DNA of 64,000 bases, taken from Rhynchocyon petersi (Eukaryota). Below are positions 34,576 to 46,224 of this stretch, in pieces (within the stretch, counting starts at the first letter, position 1; every line of letters begins with the position of its first letter). The position numbers and the translations under genes are program-made. Below the pieces are notes generated by a model. The model had not been told where the DNA came from, searched no databases, and saw nothing but the letters and a program-made list of their open reading frames with translations. The stretch is from contig CM091795.1 of the NCBI GenBank assembly GCA_043290085.1, positions 421,961,137 through 422,025,136 on the forward strand, given 5' to 3'.

Positions 34576-34676
34576 GTAGGTGTCCCCCATTAGCCCAGCC
34601 TTGTTGATGCCTCCTTGTGACACCTTTTGTGTCTCCTTGTCTCCCTGACCTAATCTGTCTTGTCCCCCTTTTTCAG

Positions 34677-34833
34677 AGGCTTGGTATGGGAGCTGCAGCA
34701 GAGGCTACTGCCCAGGTCTGCTCAGTTCCTTCACGCTGGCCAGAACCTGGTGTTGATCATTGACGGGGCAGATAGGCTTGTGGACCAGACTGGGCAGCTG
34801 ATCTCAGACTGGATCCCCAAGACCCTGCCCAGG
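34677..34833 (+). CDS. TEP1: TEP1 coding exon 25 (RGLVWELQQRLLPRSAQFLHAGQNLVLIIDGADRLVDQTGQLISDWIPKTLPR)
   Basis: ORF track 34660..34974; acceptor ccctttttcag, donor AGG|gtgagt. Confidence 0.9.
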
Positions 34834-34945
34834 GTGAGTGCAATGGAAAGACTGGGAGGCGGGAGGGCGCTGGAGGGGAGAGTGACTTCTCTAACTCTGT
34901 GCTCCTTTTCCTTCTGCCTCCCCACCCTCTCCCTGAATATTTCAG

Positions 34946-35125
34946 AAGGTGCACCTGGTGCTGAGTGTGTCTAGTGACACCGGCCTAGGGGAGACCCTGG
35001 AGCAGAGCCAGAATGTCCATGTGGTGGCTTTGGGGCCTCTGGAGCCATCTGCCCGGGCCCAGATGGTCAGAGAGGAGCTGGCTTTGTACGGGAAAAGGCT
35101 GGAAGAGTCACCTTTTAACAACCAG
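34946..35125 (+). CDS. TEP1: TEP1 coding exon 26 (KVHLVLSVSSDTGLGETLEQSQNVHVVALGPLEPSARAQMVREELALYGKRLEESPFNNQ)
   Basis: ORF track 34949..35170; acceptor atatttcag, donor CAG|gttaga. Confidence 0.9.
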
Positions 35126-35583
35126 GTTAGATCTAGGCCCCAGCAGGTGGGTGGGTGGGTGTCAGGGTGAATCTAGGAAGTGTGAGGATCCAGTGGTGCT
35201 AAGGCTGCCAGCTGTCCCCGAAGGCCCTCTCCTTTGTTTTCTCAGGGACTTTGGGTCAGGGGTTATGTTTACTTGGCTGGCTGTGCTTGCTTATGTGCTG
35301 TCCCATGCTGATGTCCTGTCCCTGCCCCCGGATGAGGGGAGGAGAGTTAGCTGGCAGGCAGAGCCACAAGGGGTCCCCTGCGGGGGCTAGCTGGGCAGAG
35401 CAGTGCGGAGTGAGGACCATGTCCTGAAGTGACACTGAGGACCTCTCCTTGTTGGAGACCCTCAGGCAGAGAACAGCCTGGCAGTGGGCCTGGTGCTGGG
35501 GTGGCGAGCAGGTGGGCAAAGCCTGGCTGGGACAGGTGCTGTGTCTCCCTGGTTCCCACCTTGAGTCTGTGAGTGTCACTTAG

Positions 35584-35676
35584 ATGCAGCTGCTGCTGGT
35601 GAAGAAGGGGTCGGCTCTGCCGCTCTTCCTACGCTTGGTCACGGATCACCTGAGGCTCTTCACGCTCTATGAGCAG
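35584..35676 (+). CDS. TEP1: TEP1 coding exon 27 (MQLLLVKKGSALPLFLRLVTDHLRLFTLYEQ)
   Basis: ORF track 35584..35892; acceptor gtcacttag, donor CAG|gtcagc. Confidence 0.85.
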
Positions 35677-35969
35677 GTCAGCTACGGGTGTAGCCCAACA
35701 CTCCTCATCCTCCAAGTCCAGTCCCACTGTCCATTCTCTATTCATCCACTTCAGTTCTTAACCTCATCCGGCATTCTCATGCTTCGCCATTTGGTTACCA
35801 TTCAGCCCCATCCTCACTTCTCCCCTCCCCTCTCTGCTCTCCCACTTGTTTCCCTTTTTGTTTTCATCCCTTCCTACCATTTCTCTCTGTAACCCTTTTT
35901 GCCCCTTAACTAAACTGTTATCCAGAACGTCCCCCTCCCCTCATTCAGCCCAGTGTCCTTTCTCTCCAG

Positions 35970-36102
35970 GTTTCTGAGAGACTCCGAGCACTGCCTGCCA
36001 CCCTCCCCTTGCTGTTGCAGCACATCCTGAACACCTTGGAACAAGAGCATGGCCCTGACGTCCTTCCCCAAGCATTGACCACCCTTGAGGTCACACGTAG
36101 TG
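35970..36102 (+). CDS. TEP1: TEP1 coding exon 28 (VSERLRALPATLPLLLQHILNTLEQEHGPDVLPQALTTLEVTRS)
   Basis: Acceptor tctctccag, donor G|gtcagt. Confidence 0.8.
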
Positions 36103-36260
36103 GTCAGTGCTAAGGACACGGGTGGGTTGGGAGGCTGAGGGCATGAGTTGGATGACCTTGGTTCGGTTGGGGCCTCAGTGAACGGCACAAAGAGGAACTG
36201 GTGCCACAGGAATGGACATGCTGTGAAGTTGGGTGAAGGCCTCAGAGCTTGGGTTTTCAG

Positions 36261-36411
36261 GCTTGACTGTGGACCAGCTGCATGGAGTGCTGAGTGCATG
36301 GCGGATCCTCCCCAGAGGGAACAGGACCTGGGAAGAAGCAATGGCTGCTAGTAACAGTGGGGACCCCTACCCCATGGGTCCATTTGTCTACCTTGTTCAG
36401 AGCCTGCGCAG
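36261..36411 (+). CDS. TEP1: TEP1 coding exon 29 (GLTVDQLHGVLSAWRILPRGNRTWEEAMAASNSGDPYPMGPFVYLVQSLR)
   Basis: ORF track 36233..36415; acceptor ggttttcag, donor AG|gtaaaa. Confidence 0.9.
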
Positions 36412-36662
36412 GTAAAATTTCCCCAAACTGAGTTTCTCATGGACCTCGCTATACTTTCCCATCTTTGTGCCTGAGTCCTACATGATCCCTTCTTCATTCC
36501 ACCCTACCCTTGGGATAGCCCTGACACTAGTCTCCCAAGCCTGGAATGAGGGGTTACTCAAGTGACACTATCTGAGGTTTAAGTGTGGGCCCACAACTGT
36601 GCCAGGCTGCTTCCTGATAGACGTCCCCCCTCTCATACCCTCCCTTCCTCACATGAGGACAG

Positions 36663-36796
36663 CTTGCTAGGGGAGGGTCCTCTGGAGCGCCTTGGTGCCC
36701 GCCTCTGCCTCCATGATGGACCCCTGAGAACAGCAGCTAAGCATCGTTATGGGAAGAGGCCAGGGCTGGAGAGCACAGCACACATCCTCATTGCAG
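36663..36796 (+). CDS. TEP1: TEP1 coding exon 30 (SLLGEGPLERLGARLCLHDGPLRTAAKHRYGKRPGLESTAHILIA)
   Basis: ORF track 36583..36828; acceptor gaggacag, donor G|gtgagg. Confidence 0.9.
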
Positions 36797-36981
36797 GTGA
36801 GGATCTTCAAAGGCAGCTAGCACCCTGAGTTAGGGGTCTGGGCCTTGGGAGAAGACCCACTCATATTCCCACTTAACTATCACTCCAGTGGGTGGGTGAT
36901 TTACTGTAGCCTGAAAACTGTAACCCAGAAAATGCTAGAGTATGTTCCCATCTTAGTGTGTGTTCTGTGACTCACTTGTAG

Positions 36982-37070
36982 CTCAGCTCTGGAAGACGTG
37001 TGACCCTGATGCTTCAGGTACTTTCCGAAGTTGCCCTCCAGAGGCTCTGGGAGACCTGCCATACCACCTG
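36982..37070 (+). CDS. TEP1: TEP1 coding exon 31 (AQLWKTCDPDASGTFRSCPPEALGDLPYHL)
   Basis: Acceptor cacttgtag, donor CTG|gttagt. Confidence 0.8.
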
Positions 37071-37340
37071 GTTAGTCCCTAGATCCCTCCTGACACCTTT
37101 TCTCAACCAGCACTTTGGATTCTGAGATTACCTTGCTATCACAGCTACTGGCATCCATTGCCACCAGTGCCATCAGTCTCTTCCCAAACTCCCTGCTGCT
37201 CCTTCAGCCTCCCAGCTCACCTTCTGCAGATCCTTTGTCCCAGCTCCTGGGTCTCAGTCCCAGCTCCACAGGCAGTTTCTAAGATAGCATTCTTCACTTG
37301 CTTCTTTACATCCCTAATGAATCCAGTCTGACTTCTCCAG

Positions 37341-37455
37341 CTCCAGAGTGGAAACCATGACCTTCTTGTGAAGTTCCTCACCAACCTCCACGTGGTGGCA
37401 GCACATTTGGAACTGGGCCTGGTCTCTCGGCTCCTGGAGGCCCATGCCCTTTATG
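37341..37455 (+). CDS. TEP1: TEP1 coding exon 32 (LQSGNHDLLVKFLTNLHVVAAHLELGLVSRLLEAHALY)
   Basis: Acceptor cttctccag, donor G|gtgaga. Confidence 0.85.
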
Positions 37456-38099
37456 GTGAGATGAGTCACTGGGTGGTTTCCCATGAGATATGGAATTCCT
37501 GAGTGTGATCATCGAGCTTCTCAGGAAGAGGTGAAGGAAAAGAGCCATCAGATTTCCATTTAAAGCTGAAAAAGCCAAGAGGGCAGACATGTGGTCTCTT
37601 AGACCGTAGTTTGTTCTCCAGCTTTGTTTAAATGGGCATAAAAATGTAATGGCCACTTTCTAGGAAGCTTGTTCAAATTGCAGATCTTAAGGGCCTCTGA
37701 TTCTGATTTCCTAGATCTGGAGTGGAAATCCCTAGATGGTAATGACGGGCCTCTCTAACACATTGGCTGCTAATCAAAAAGAGGTTCAGGTCCACCCAGG
37801 TGTGCCTTAGAAGAGCAACCTAGTGATCTATTTCCCAAATATCGGTCATTGAAAACCCCACGGAGGACAGTTCTATCCTGATATTCATGGAGGCAGCATA
37901 AGCTGTAGTTGACTCTCTGGTATTTGGCTTTGTGTTTTTAGGTCTGGAGTGAGGTCTAAAGTTTTGTATTTTTGGCTGGTGTTCCTGATGTATGACCAGA
38001 GCACCATACTTGCTGATTTAGATATCGATATGGATACATAGATGTTGACATCCGTGGGGTCCAGGGCGGCTCTCCAGTGACATGCTACCTCTTTCCTAG

Positions 38100-38340
38100 T
38101 TTCTTCAGTCCCAGAAGAGGAACAAAAGCTCCCTGACTCTGATGTTGCCATCTTTCGGGCTTTCCTGAGGCAGCAGGCTCCAGTCCTGAGTCAGTATCCG
38201 GCGCTTCTATACCAGCAGGCAACCAACCAGCCTCCAAACTCACCTCTTTGTCGCCAGGCCCCACAGCTCTCCCAGCGCTGGCAACCTCCACGCATACTTC
38301 GATGGCTTAATAAACCCCAGGCTGTGGAGGGCCAGCAAAG
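38100..38340 (+). CDS. TEP1: TEP1 coding exon 33 (VSSVPEEEQKLPDSDVAIFRAFLRQQAPVLSQYPALLYQQATNQPPNSPLCRQAPQLSQRWQPPRILRWLNKPQAVEGQQ)
   Basis: Acceptor ctttcctag, donor AG|gtaaag. Confidence 0.85.
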
Positions 38341-38535
38341 GTAAAGACAGGCAGCTCTAGACCCTGAAAGCCCACTGGAGAAACTATGCAGCCCATGCTG
38401 ATGTAGAAACAGAAAAGATAGACTGGACTCACTGTGGAAGGGGGAATTTGGGCACAGAAATTAAAAAACAGATTCACTTTCACGCCCTCAGTCATTTCCT
38501 CTTTCTTTCCTGCTTTCTTCCTGCTCTTTCTCTAG

Positions 38536-38659
38536 CTCCGGTCTGTCACTGTTCATGTCCTCATGCCCCACAGCTGTGGCATTCTCCAGCAATGGGCAAA
38601 GAGCAGCTGTGGGTACTGCCAATGGGACTGTTCACCTGTTGGACCTGAACTCCTGGCAG
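38536..38659 (+). CDS. TEP1: TEP1 coding exon 34 (SSGLSLFMSSCPTAVAFSSNGQRAAVGTANGTVHLLDLNSWQ); first WD40 region
   Basis: ORF track 38448..38648 (offset frame); acceptor tttctctag, donor CAG|gtaaga. Confidence 0.85.
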
Positions 38660-38969
38660 GTAAGACAGTCAAGACAAGGACTGCCCTGAAGTCACAGACA
38701 AGCCGAATTTAATCTGCTGTCATCTTTGTTGATTAAGCAACTTCGCTACCTTTTGTGTAATCAAAAGGGCTCATTCAAATAATCAATCATAGCAAATATT
38801 TGCTCCACACTCTCATTCACTGGACTTAGGACAACTTCACCTATAAAGGGGTCAGTTGAGCAGGCAGATAAGATGTAAAAAGCATAGCAGTGTGCTACAG
38901 ATAAGAGCAGAGTGAACTTTTTATGGGAGGACAAAGGAGAGAGAAGCATAGATATGCCAGGTTGAATAC

Positions 38970-39100
38970 GGAGTCCATGGGAGAAAGAGTGGCATCAAGT
39001 CCCTTGCAATATACTGTCTCCGGAAACCCTTGGGAGGGTCAGCTATGAGTCGGTCATGACTCGATGGTACCCATCATTTTCATCATCATCATCACGAAGT
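38970..39100 (+). mobile_element. 5'-truncated AfroSINE-like SINE
   Basis: Family consensus. Confidence 0.75.
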
Positions 39101-39556
39101 CTAAGCAGAGACACAGAGGGAAGAGAATGCTCTGTAAATTCCTGGGAATAGTTTCAGCAGAATTTGCTTCTGGGAGGTGAGCATGCTGGCTGGAGAGAGA
39201 CCCACTCTCCTTTCCCCAGTCGTATCCCCATCACTGCAAATATATATGTACAAGCCCATTCCTTCTTCCATAAAACCAGACTCAAGCCAGTTGTTGAACA
39301 TTGATTTTGACCCCATGTGTATCAGGAGGAGAACTGTGCTAGGGTTCTCAGTGGCTAAGTTTTTGGAGGTAGAGCTCCAGAATCTCTCTGTGATTTGGAG
39401 CTTACATATTGGGCTCAGGGATGGAGAGGAGAAATGGTCCTACCTGAACCTGTGCATGGCCCAAGATGGAGACAATCTAAGGCTCAAGTCCTTCCTGTCT
39501 TGGTCTTGCCTTTGTTTTTTGTGCTTGGAGCCGAGCTTCCTTACTCACCCTCACAG

Positions 39557-39681
39557 GAGGAGAAATCTTTGGTGAGTGGCTGTGATGGGATCTCTTCTTG
39601 CTTGTTCCTCTCGGACACATCCGTCTTTCTTACTGCCTTTGATGGACTCCTAGAGCTCTGGGACCTGCAGTATGGTTGTCG
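39557..39681 (+). CDS. TEP1: TEP1 coding exon 35 (EEKSLVSGCDGISSCLFLSDTSVFLTAFDGLLELWDLQYGC)
   Basis: ORF track 39395..39685; acceptor accctcacag, donor CG|gtaagg. Confidence 0.9.
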
Positions 39682-39810
39682 GTAAGGGGTCCCTTCTCCA
39701 TGCTTTGCACTGAAGACCTTACCCATTTGTCAAGAGTCTGGGGAGGGAGGAGGAGAGGGGAAACTCTGGCCAGGAGACAACTGTGGCCTGAGTATGACTA
39801 CCTGGGACAG

Positions 39811-39910
39811 GATTATCCAGACCAAGGCTCACCAGCACCAAATCACCAGCTGCTACCTTAGTCCAGACCGTCGGCTGCTAGCCACTGTGTGCCTTGGAGG
39901 ATGCTTAAAG
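39811..39910 (+). CDS. TEP1: TEP1 coding exon 36 (RIIQTKAHQHQITSCYLSPDRRLLATVCLGGCLK)
   Basis: Acceptor tgggacag, donor AAG|gtaatc. Confidence 0.85.
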
Positions 39911-40106
39911 GTAATCCCTTGGGACCATGTAGTCCCCCTGGCTCTAAATTGAGACAGCCTACAAAGAGCTTCTCTCTGTGGCAGAGGCTGCTGCTGATAA
40001 CGGCCCGAGGAGGGTGTGGGACTGGACAAGATGACCCCTGGAGCTCTGGAACTGGGAACCCAGGTGTCTGTGTTCAGTTTCCCGATTGCTCTCCTGTCTT
40101 CTCTAG

Positions 40107-40259
40107 CTGTGGGACACAGTCTGTGGGCAGCTGGCCTCCCAGTACACCTGTCCAAAGCCCCTCAACTGCGTTGCCTTCCATCCAGAAGGGCAGGTGATAG
40201 CCACAGGCAGCTGGGCTGGCGTCAGCTTCTTCCAGGTGGATGGGCTCAAAGTTGTCAAG
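40107..40259 (+). CDS. TEP1: TEP1 coding exon 37 (LWDTVCGQLASQYTCPKPLNCVAFHPEGQVIATGSWAGVSFFQVDGLKVVK)
   Basis: Acceptor cttctctag, donor AAG|gtaaaa. Confidence 0.9.
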
Positions 40260-40378
40260 GTAAAAATGGCCTGTGTTGTTTTAGGGGAGGAATCAGGGAA
40301 TGACAGACATCAATCTGTCACTTTGGGATTGTGTTAAGAACAGGGCCTGACATTTAAAATTTCTAACTCCTTCTATAG

Positions 40379-40591
40379 GAACTGGGGTCTCCAGGAACCT
40401 CTGTTCGTACCTTGGCTTTCAATGTGTCTGGGCGGGTTGTGGCTGTTGGTCGGCTGGACAAGATGGTGGAGCTGTGGGCCTGGCAAGAGGGAGCACGGCT
40501 GGCTGCCTTCTCTGCCCATCAAGGCTTTGTTAGCAGTGCCCTTTTCTTGCGTGCTGGGAGCCAGTTACTGACAGCTGGAGAGGATGGCAAG
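40379..40591 (+). CDS. TEP1: TEP1 coding exon 38 (ELGSPGTSVRTLAFNVSGRVVAVGRLDKMVELWAWQEGARLAAFSAHQGFVSSALFLRAGSQLLTAGEDGK)
   Basis: ORF track 40412..40603; acceptor ccttctatag, donor AAG|gtcagg. Confidence 0.9.
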
Positions 40592-40840
40592 GTCAGGTTA
40601 TAGAGCACTGGGAATGGGTCATGAGGAGAGAAGTCACACAAATACAGAGTGTTAGATGAGGGTGGTACATTTGCTGGGAGACTGGAGGGAGCTACATGGA
40701 GAGGGCATGGGTATATCTATGGGCAGATCTCTTGAGAAGGGTCTCTGGAAGGAGGGCTTTTTCAGGGTTACTATAACACTGGGTGTGAAGAATCAGGTGG
40801 CAGAGATAGGGTATCTTCAAGTCCTTTTCTTGGTCCTCAG

Positions 40841-40991
40841 GTCCAGGTGTGGTCAGGGTCTCTAGGTCGGCCCCGAGGGTGCCTGGGTTCTCCTCTTTCT
40901 CCTGCCCTCTCCACGGCTCTCAGCCCAGATGGTGAGTGGGTGGCTGTAGGGTACCGAGCAGATGGCATTAGGATCTACGGAATCTCTCCAG
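40841..40991 (+). CDS. TEP1: TEP1 coding exon 39 (VQVWSGSLGRPRGCLGSPLSPALSTALSPDGEWVAVGYRADGIRIYGISP)
   Basis: ORF track 40847..41167; acceptor ggtcctcag, donor G|gtactg. Confidence 0.9.
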
Positions 40992-41100
40992 GTACTGGAT
41001 GGGGAAGGTCCGGAGTCTTTGAGTCTTTGGGAAGAGGACATCCCCTAGTTTCCATCTCCTTTCTGAAGGTCTCAGTTTCTTACTTTCACTCATTCTCTAG

Positions 41101-41313
41101 ACTCCCAGAAGGTTCTTTATCAAACACTACACGTGGCAGTGTCTGCATTGGCCTGGCTCAGCCCTGACGTTTTAGTGAACGGTGCAGAAGATGGGTCCCT
41201 GCAGGGATGGGCTCTGAAGAAAAGCCATCTTCAGCCCTTGTGGCTCCTGTCCAGATACCAGAAGCCTGTGCTGGGACTAGCTGCCTCCCAAGAACTCCTG
41301 GCTTCTGTTTCAG
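41101..41313 (+). CDS. TEP1: TEP1 coding exon 40 (DSQKVLYQTLHVAVSALAWLSPDVLVNGAEDGSLQGWALKKSHLQPLWLLSRYQKPVLGLAASQELLASVS)
   Basis: ORF track 41133..41348; acceptor cattctctag, donor G|gtattg. Confidence 0.9.
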
Positions 41314-41374
41314 GTATTGGTTGGGTTGATGAATCATTGTTTCTTTAAAATATCCTAATAACTTCAATATATAT

Positions 41375-41500
41375 GGGGAGTTGCACTGCTAAGCCAAGCT
41401 GGTGCTTCTCTGGCTGTTCAAATCCACCAGCTGCTCCCCATCAGAAAGATGACCCATTTCCTCCTGTGCCATTTACAGCCTTCTGAAGCTCAGTGGCAGG
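41375..41500 (+). mobile_element. Older SINE
   Basis: Diverged. Confidence 0.5.
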
Positions 41501-41659
41501 CCACTTAAGAGTGAGTTCTGAATCGATGGCAGTGAGTTTTGAGTTTGAGACTTGAATTTACACGCATATGAGTGTAAAACTAAAACCACCCCCGATGATT
41601 CTGACTCCTAATATCCCTGTCGGACAGAGGAGAACTCTGTAGGATTCCTAAAGCTGTAA

Positions 41660-41745
41660 TACCTTAAGGAAGCAGATTACAACACCTTTCTCCCACTTGG
41701 GTTAGCAGTTGAGTACCTGTAACCACTACACCGCCAGGGCTTCTT
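41660..41745 (-). mobile_element. SINE fragment
   Basis: Diverged. Confidence 0.4.
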
Positions 41746-42334
41746 GTGTACATGTCTGCTTACAAACACTTACCTACACAACAAACACTTACCTACACAA
41801 ACATATGTAGATATATAAAGTTTTAAAAACAAAACAACAAACTTTCAGAATGCTTGTTAATACATTTCTTTCACTTAATCAGTCTAGATTTTGTTTCTTC
41901 CCCTTTCACTAACGTTGATTTTGTGACCTCTTTGTAATATCAGCAATCTCTTCCCAGTTAGAGGACTTTGCTGTGGAAAGGGATCGGTGTACTTTAGGAG
42001 GAGGGAGAGAACAAAATGCTGGGTGAGAATATACAGTGGCTTTAGTGATTGTGTGGAAGTTTGGTTCTCATTAGTAGTGAAGTGGATTTGACACTAGGCG
42101 CTTAAAAAGAGAAGAGACTGGTCCCTGGGGAACGCAGTAGGGAGTTGAAGACAAGGCACTGGAACCAGGAGCGTCTGGGTTCCTGTCCTGTGTTCTCACA
42201 TGATTGACCCCCACCCAGAGCTTCTCCACAGTCTCTTCCTTCCCTTGGAGCTCGGCCCTCAGACACCATAGACTCCTAGATCTGTCTTACTTCCTCTTTC
42301 AGGGAATCTTCCTCTCTCTTTACTTCCAATATAG

Positions 42335-42495
42335 AGGATTTCACAGTGCGGCTGTGGCCCAGGGAGTTACTGACTCTCCCACAAAAGGCAGAAGAATTTC
42401 CGTGTGCTACTGAGCTCCGAGGACATGAGGGTCCTGTAAATTGCTGTAGCTTCAGTACTGACGGAGGCAGTCTGGCCACTGGAGGCAGAGATCGG
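42335..42495 (+). CDS. TEP1: TEP1 coding exon 41 (EDFTVRLWPRELLTLPQKAEEFPCATELRGHEGPVNCCSFSTDGGSLATGGRDR)
   Basis: ORF track 42346..42630; acceptor ccaatatag, donor CGG|gtgagc. Confidence 0.9.
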
Positions 42496-42710
42496 GTGAG
42501 CCACAGAAAGAAGCCCATCTTCCCCTGGGTCCCCTGGACTTTGTCACCTCTCCAGGTCCAGGTTCCCATTACTCCCGCTAAGAGCCTGTCCACACCTCCT
42601 ATGCTGGATCACCTCAACACCCCTTTTTAAAAAATTGCTACCTGAAATAGCCCTGATGTTCCCACCTACCTCCATGGTCCTGACTACTTCCTTTCCTTGC
42701 ACCTATCCAG

Positions 42711-42824
42711 AATCTCTTATGCTGGGATGTGACGACACCCAGTACCCCAGTTCTGATTCACTGCTTCTCTGCCTGTCACCGTGACTGGGTCACTGGCTGT
42801 GCCTGGACCAAAGATAACCTGCTG
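42711..42824 (+). CDS. TEP1: TEP1 coding exon 42 (NLLCWDVTTPSTPVLIHCFSACHRDWVTGCAWTKDNLL)
   Basis: ORF track 42729..42935; acceptor cacctatccag, donor CTG|gtaagt. Confidence 0.9.
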
Positions 42825-42904
42825 GTAAGTGAAGAGACTGGGGTAAGGAAAGTTCAACAGAGTTCCTGTAGGAAGACAATACTCACCATCTCCTATATGT
42901 ACTT

Positions 42905-43093
42905 ACCAAAACCAAACCCGCTATCGTCAAGTTGATTCTAACTCACTGCAACCTCTTCATCAGGTATCCTAGGCTGTAAATCTTCATGGGAAGAGACTGC
43001 CTGTCATTCTTCCGCAGAGAAGCTGGTAGATCTGAACTGCTGACCTCTCAGGTAGTGGCACAATCTGTAATGGACTACATCACCAGATCTCCT
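42905..43093 (-). mobile_element. Older SINE just downstream of TEP1 coding exon 42
   Basis: Diverged. Confidence 0.6.
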
Positions 43094-43237
43094 TAGTAGT
43101 TGTCAACATTTATTGAACACTTGTACACCAGACATTACACGAGGCTCTTGTATATAGTATGTCACTTAACAACTCTGTAGAGAACTACTGTATCTCAATT
43201 TCCTTGACAGGAAAGTTGAGGTCAGTATGACAAAGGA

Positions 43238-43412
43238 GGCTCTGGTGGCCTAGGAGTAGGGAGCTGCCCTGCCAACCCAAAGACATGCAGTTCAAATTTT
43301 CTAGCTGCTCCACGGGAGAAATATGGGCAATCAGATCCCATGCAATTTACTGCCTCTGAACCCCACTAAAGGGTCTGCTATGAGTCTGTTTCAACTCACT
43401 GATACATTGGAA
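43238..43412 (+). mobile_element. AfroSINE-like SINE
   Basis: Family consensus. Confidence 0.7.
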
Positions 43413-43744
43413 AAACCAATAACGTGGTAAAGGAAATGCCCACAATCGTGTAAATGATACAGCTAAGTCAGGAAGCATAAGAAGACCCATGCTCTAGTCA
43501 AGAATATAGTAGTATTTCCCAAGGAATTTGGGATGTTCAGTTCCTGGAAATAAAAGATGCTGCTGTGATTTCTAAGGCTAGTTTCCCCATGTAGAAGCTC
43601 CAGGCTGCTCTCAAAAAAGCATAAGGAAGGAGCAAATATTTGTTCACGTGTTATAATCTACAAGTCCTACCTACTGACTTCTAAAAAGCTAGATCTTTTC
43701 TTAGTGTCAACTTTCCCACCTTTCTCTGTTTGTTGACTGACTTT

Positions 43745-43795
43745 ACATCAAGGACAACAACTACTATTACATGCCATTATATACTATTATATACT
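43745..43795. repeat. (ATACTATTAT)n tandem repeat, 4-5 copies
   Basis: Seen directly. Confidence 0.85.
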
Positions 43796-43799
43796 ATTA

Positions 43800-46213
43800 T
43801 ATACTATTATATGTGCCAACATTGAAGAAAATGGGAATTCCAGAACACTTCATTGTGCTCATTGGAAATCTATACCTAGATCAAGTAACCGTCGTCTGAA
43901 CAGAGCATGGGAACATTGCATGGTTCAAAATCAAGAAAAGCGTGCATTAGGGCTATATCCTATCCCCATACCTATTCAACCTATATGCTTAGCATATTAC
44001 TTGGGAAGCAGGACTCTGTGAGGAAGAGCATGGCATCAGAATTGGAGGAAGATGCAACAACAACCTGCGATATGCAGATGGCACAACCCTGCTTGTTGAA
44101 AGTGAAGAGGACTTGAAAGTTTTGTTGCAGAAGATCAAGGACTGCAGTCTTCAATATGGATTACAGCTAAACCTCAAGAAAACCAAGATCCTCACCACTG
44201 GGCCAACAGGGAATGTCATAAATGACAGAGAAAGGATTGAAACTGTAAAGATTTTGTTTTATTTGGATCCACAGTCAACACCTTACTCATAGTGACCCTC
44301 CCGAGGGTTTCTGGAGGCAGTATCTTGCACGGGAGTGGAAGCCACTCTTCCTACCGCAGAGCAGCTGGTGGATTTGACCTGTGTACCTTTGGGTTGGGAG
44401 CGCAGCTCCTTCACCACTAGGCCACACCAGCTACTCCTAATAACATGTCCAAAATATCTAAGGAAGCTTAACCACCCTTGCCTCCAAGGAGCACTCTGGT
44501 TGGACTCTCTCCAGGACATACTTATTTGTTTTCTTGGCCATCCATGGGATATTGAGCACTCTTCTTCAACACAACAGCTCAAAGGCATCAATCCTCCTTC
44601 TGTCATCCTTTGTCATCATCCAACTCTCAGATGCATGACTAGCAATCGAGAAAACCATGGTTTGGACCAGGTGCACCTTTGTCTTCAGACTGAAATCACT
44701 GCTCTTTAGCACTTTGTCACAGTTCCTAACAGCAGCTTTTCCCAGTGTGATTCATCTTCTGATCTCTTGGCTGCTGGTGCCAAGGGTGTTGACTGTGGAT
44801 CCAAGCAAGACAAAGTTATTGACAACTTCAATCATTTCTTCATCAATAATGACATCCCCTGCTAGCCCTGTGGTAAGAATCTTGGTCTTCCTAAGGTTCA
44901 GCCGCAATCCATATTGCAGACTACAGTCCTTGAGCTTCTGCAGCAGAGCTTTCAGGTTTTCTTCACTTTCAGCAAGCAACATTATATCATCTGCATATCA
45001 CAAGTTGTTGATGCATCTTTCTCCATCCTGATGCCATGCTCCTCTTCATAAAGTTCTGCTTCTCAAATAATCTGCTCTGCATAGAGATTGAATAGGTATA
45101 TGGATAGGATACAGCCCTGATGCATGCCTTTCTTGACTTTGAACTATGCAGTATTCCCATGTTCTGTTCATACAACAGCTTCTTGGTCTAGGTACAGGTT
45201 TTGCATGAGTATAATCAAGTGTTCCAGGATTCCCATCTTCCTCAATGTCAGCCATAAGTTTATTGTGATCACACAATCAAATACCTTCGCATAATCAATG
45301 AAACACAGGTAGACTTCTTTCTGATATTCTTTACTTTGAGCCAGGATACATCTAACATTTGCAATGATATCCCTGGTGCCTCGATCCCTTCTGAATTCAG
45401 CCTGACATTCTGGCAGTTCTCGGTCGATGTACTGCTCCAGGCGTTTTTTAATAACCTTCAGTAGAATTTTGCTGGCATGTGATACCAGTGATATTGTTCA
45501 GTAATTTCCACACTCTTTGGGATCGCCTTTTTGGGGAATTGGTACAAATAATGGATCTTTTCCAGTCAGCTGGCCAGATGGTTGTCTTCCAGATTTCTTG
45601 GCACAACTTGGTGAGCACATCCAGGGCTGTATCTTTAGCACTAGCAGTCAAGAAATCAAAAGATGCATCACACTGGGAAAGACTGCTGTTAAGGACCTCT
45701 CTAAAGTCATAAAGAGTAATGATGTCAGTTTGAAGACAAAGATACACCTAATTCAAACCATGGTCTTTTAAATTACTAGCTATGCTTCTGAAAGTTGGAC
45801 AATGACTAGAGACAACAGAAGAATTGATGCCTTCTAGCTCTGGTGTTTGAGAAGAGCACTCAATATCCCATGGATGGCCAAAAGGACAAACAACTTTTTC
45901 CTGGACAGTGTCCAACGACAGAGCTCCCTGGAGGCAAGGATAGTGAAGCTTCATCTCACATGTTTTGGACATGGTGTTAGGAGAGGCCAGTCCCTGGAAA
46001 AGGACATCATGCTTGGAAAGGTGGAGTGTCAGAGAAAGAGAGGCAGGCCCTTGACTAGATGGATGGACACAGTGACTGTAGTGATGGGTTTGAGTATGTC
46101 AGGATGGTGAGGATGGTGCAGGATAGGGCAGGTTTCAGAGCTGCTGTTCTGAAATCTGCTGTACATAGGGTCGCTATGAGTCCTCCTCGACTGGATACCA
46201 CATAACAACAACA
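43800..46213 (+). mobile_element. RTE cluster: + strand RTE (43800-44275 and 45625-46213, (CAA)n tail) split by a - strand RTE (44433-45620) that ends in a - strand SINE (44275-44432)
   Basis: ORFs 43907..44116 (+), 44752..44982 (-), 45448..45747 (-) and 45847..46110 (+) all show RTE motifs. Confidence 0.7.
44275..44432 (-). mobile_element. AfroSINE-like SINE at the 3' end of the inner RTE
   Basis: Family consensus. Confidence 0.8.
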
Positions 46214-46224
46214 ACATAATGCCA

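Noticed and set aside
35910-36341. 143-aa - strand ORF antisense to TEP1 exons 28-29
   Set aside because: GC-rich exon region gives long antisense ORFs by chance; it has no start or splice context of its own.
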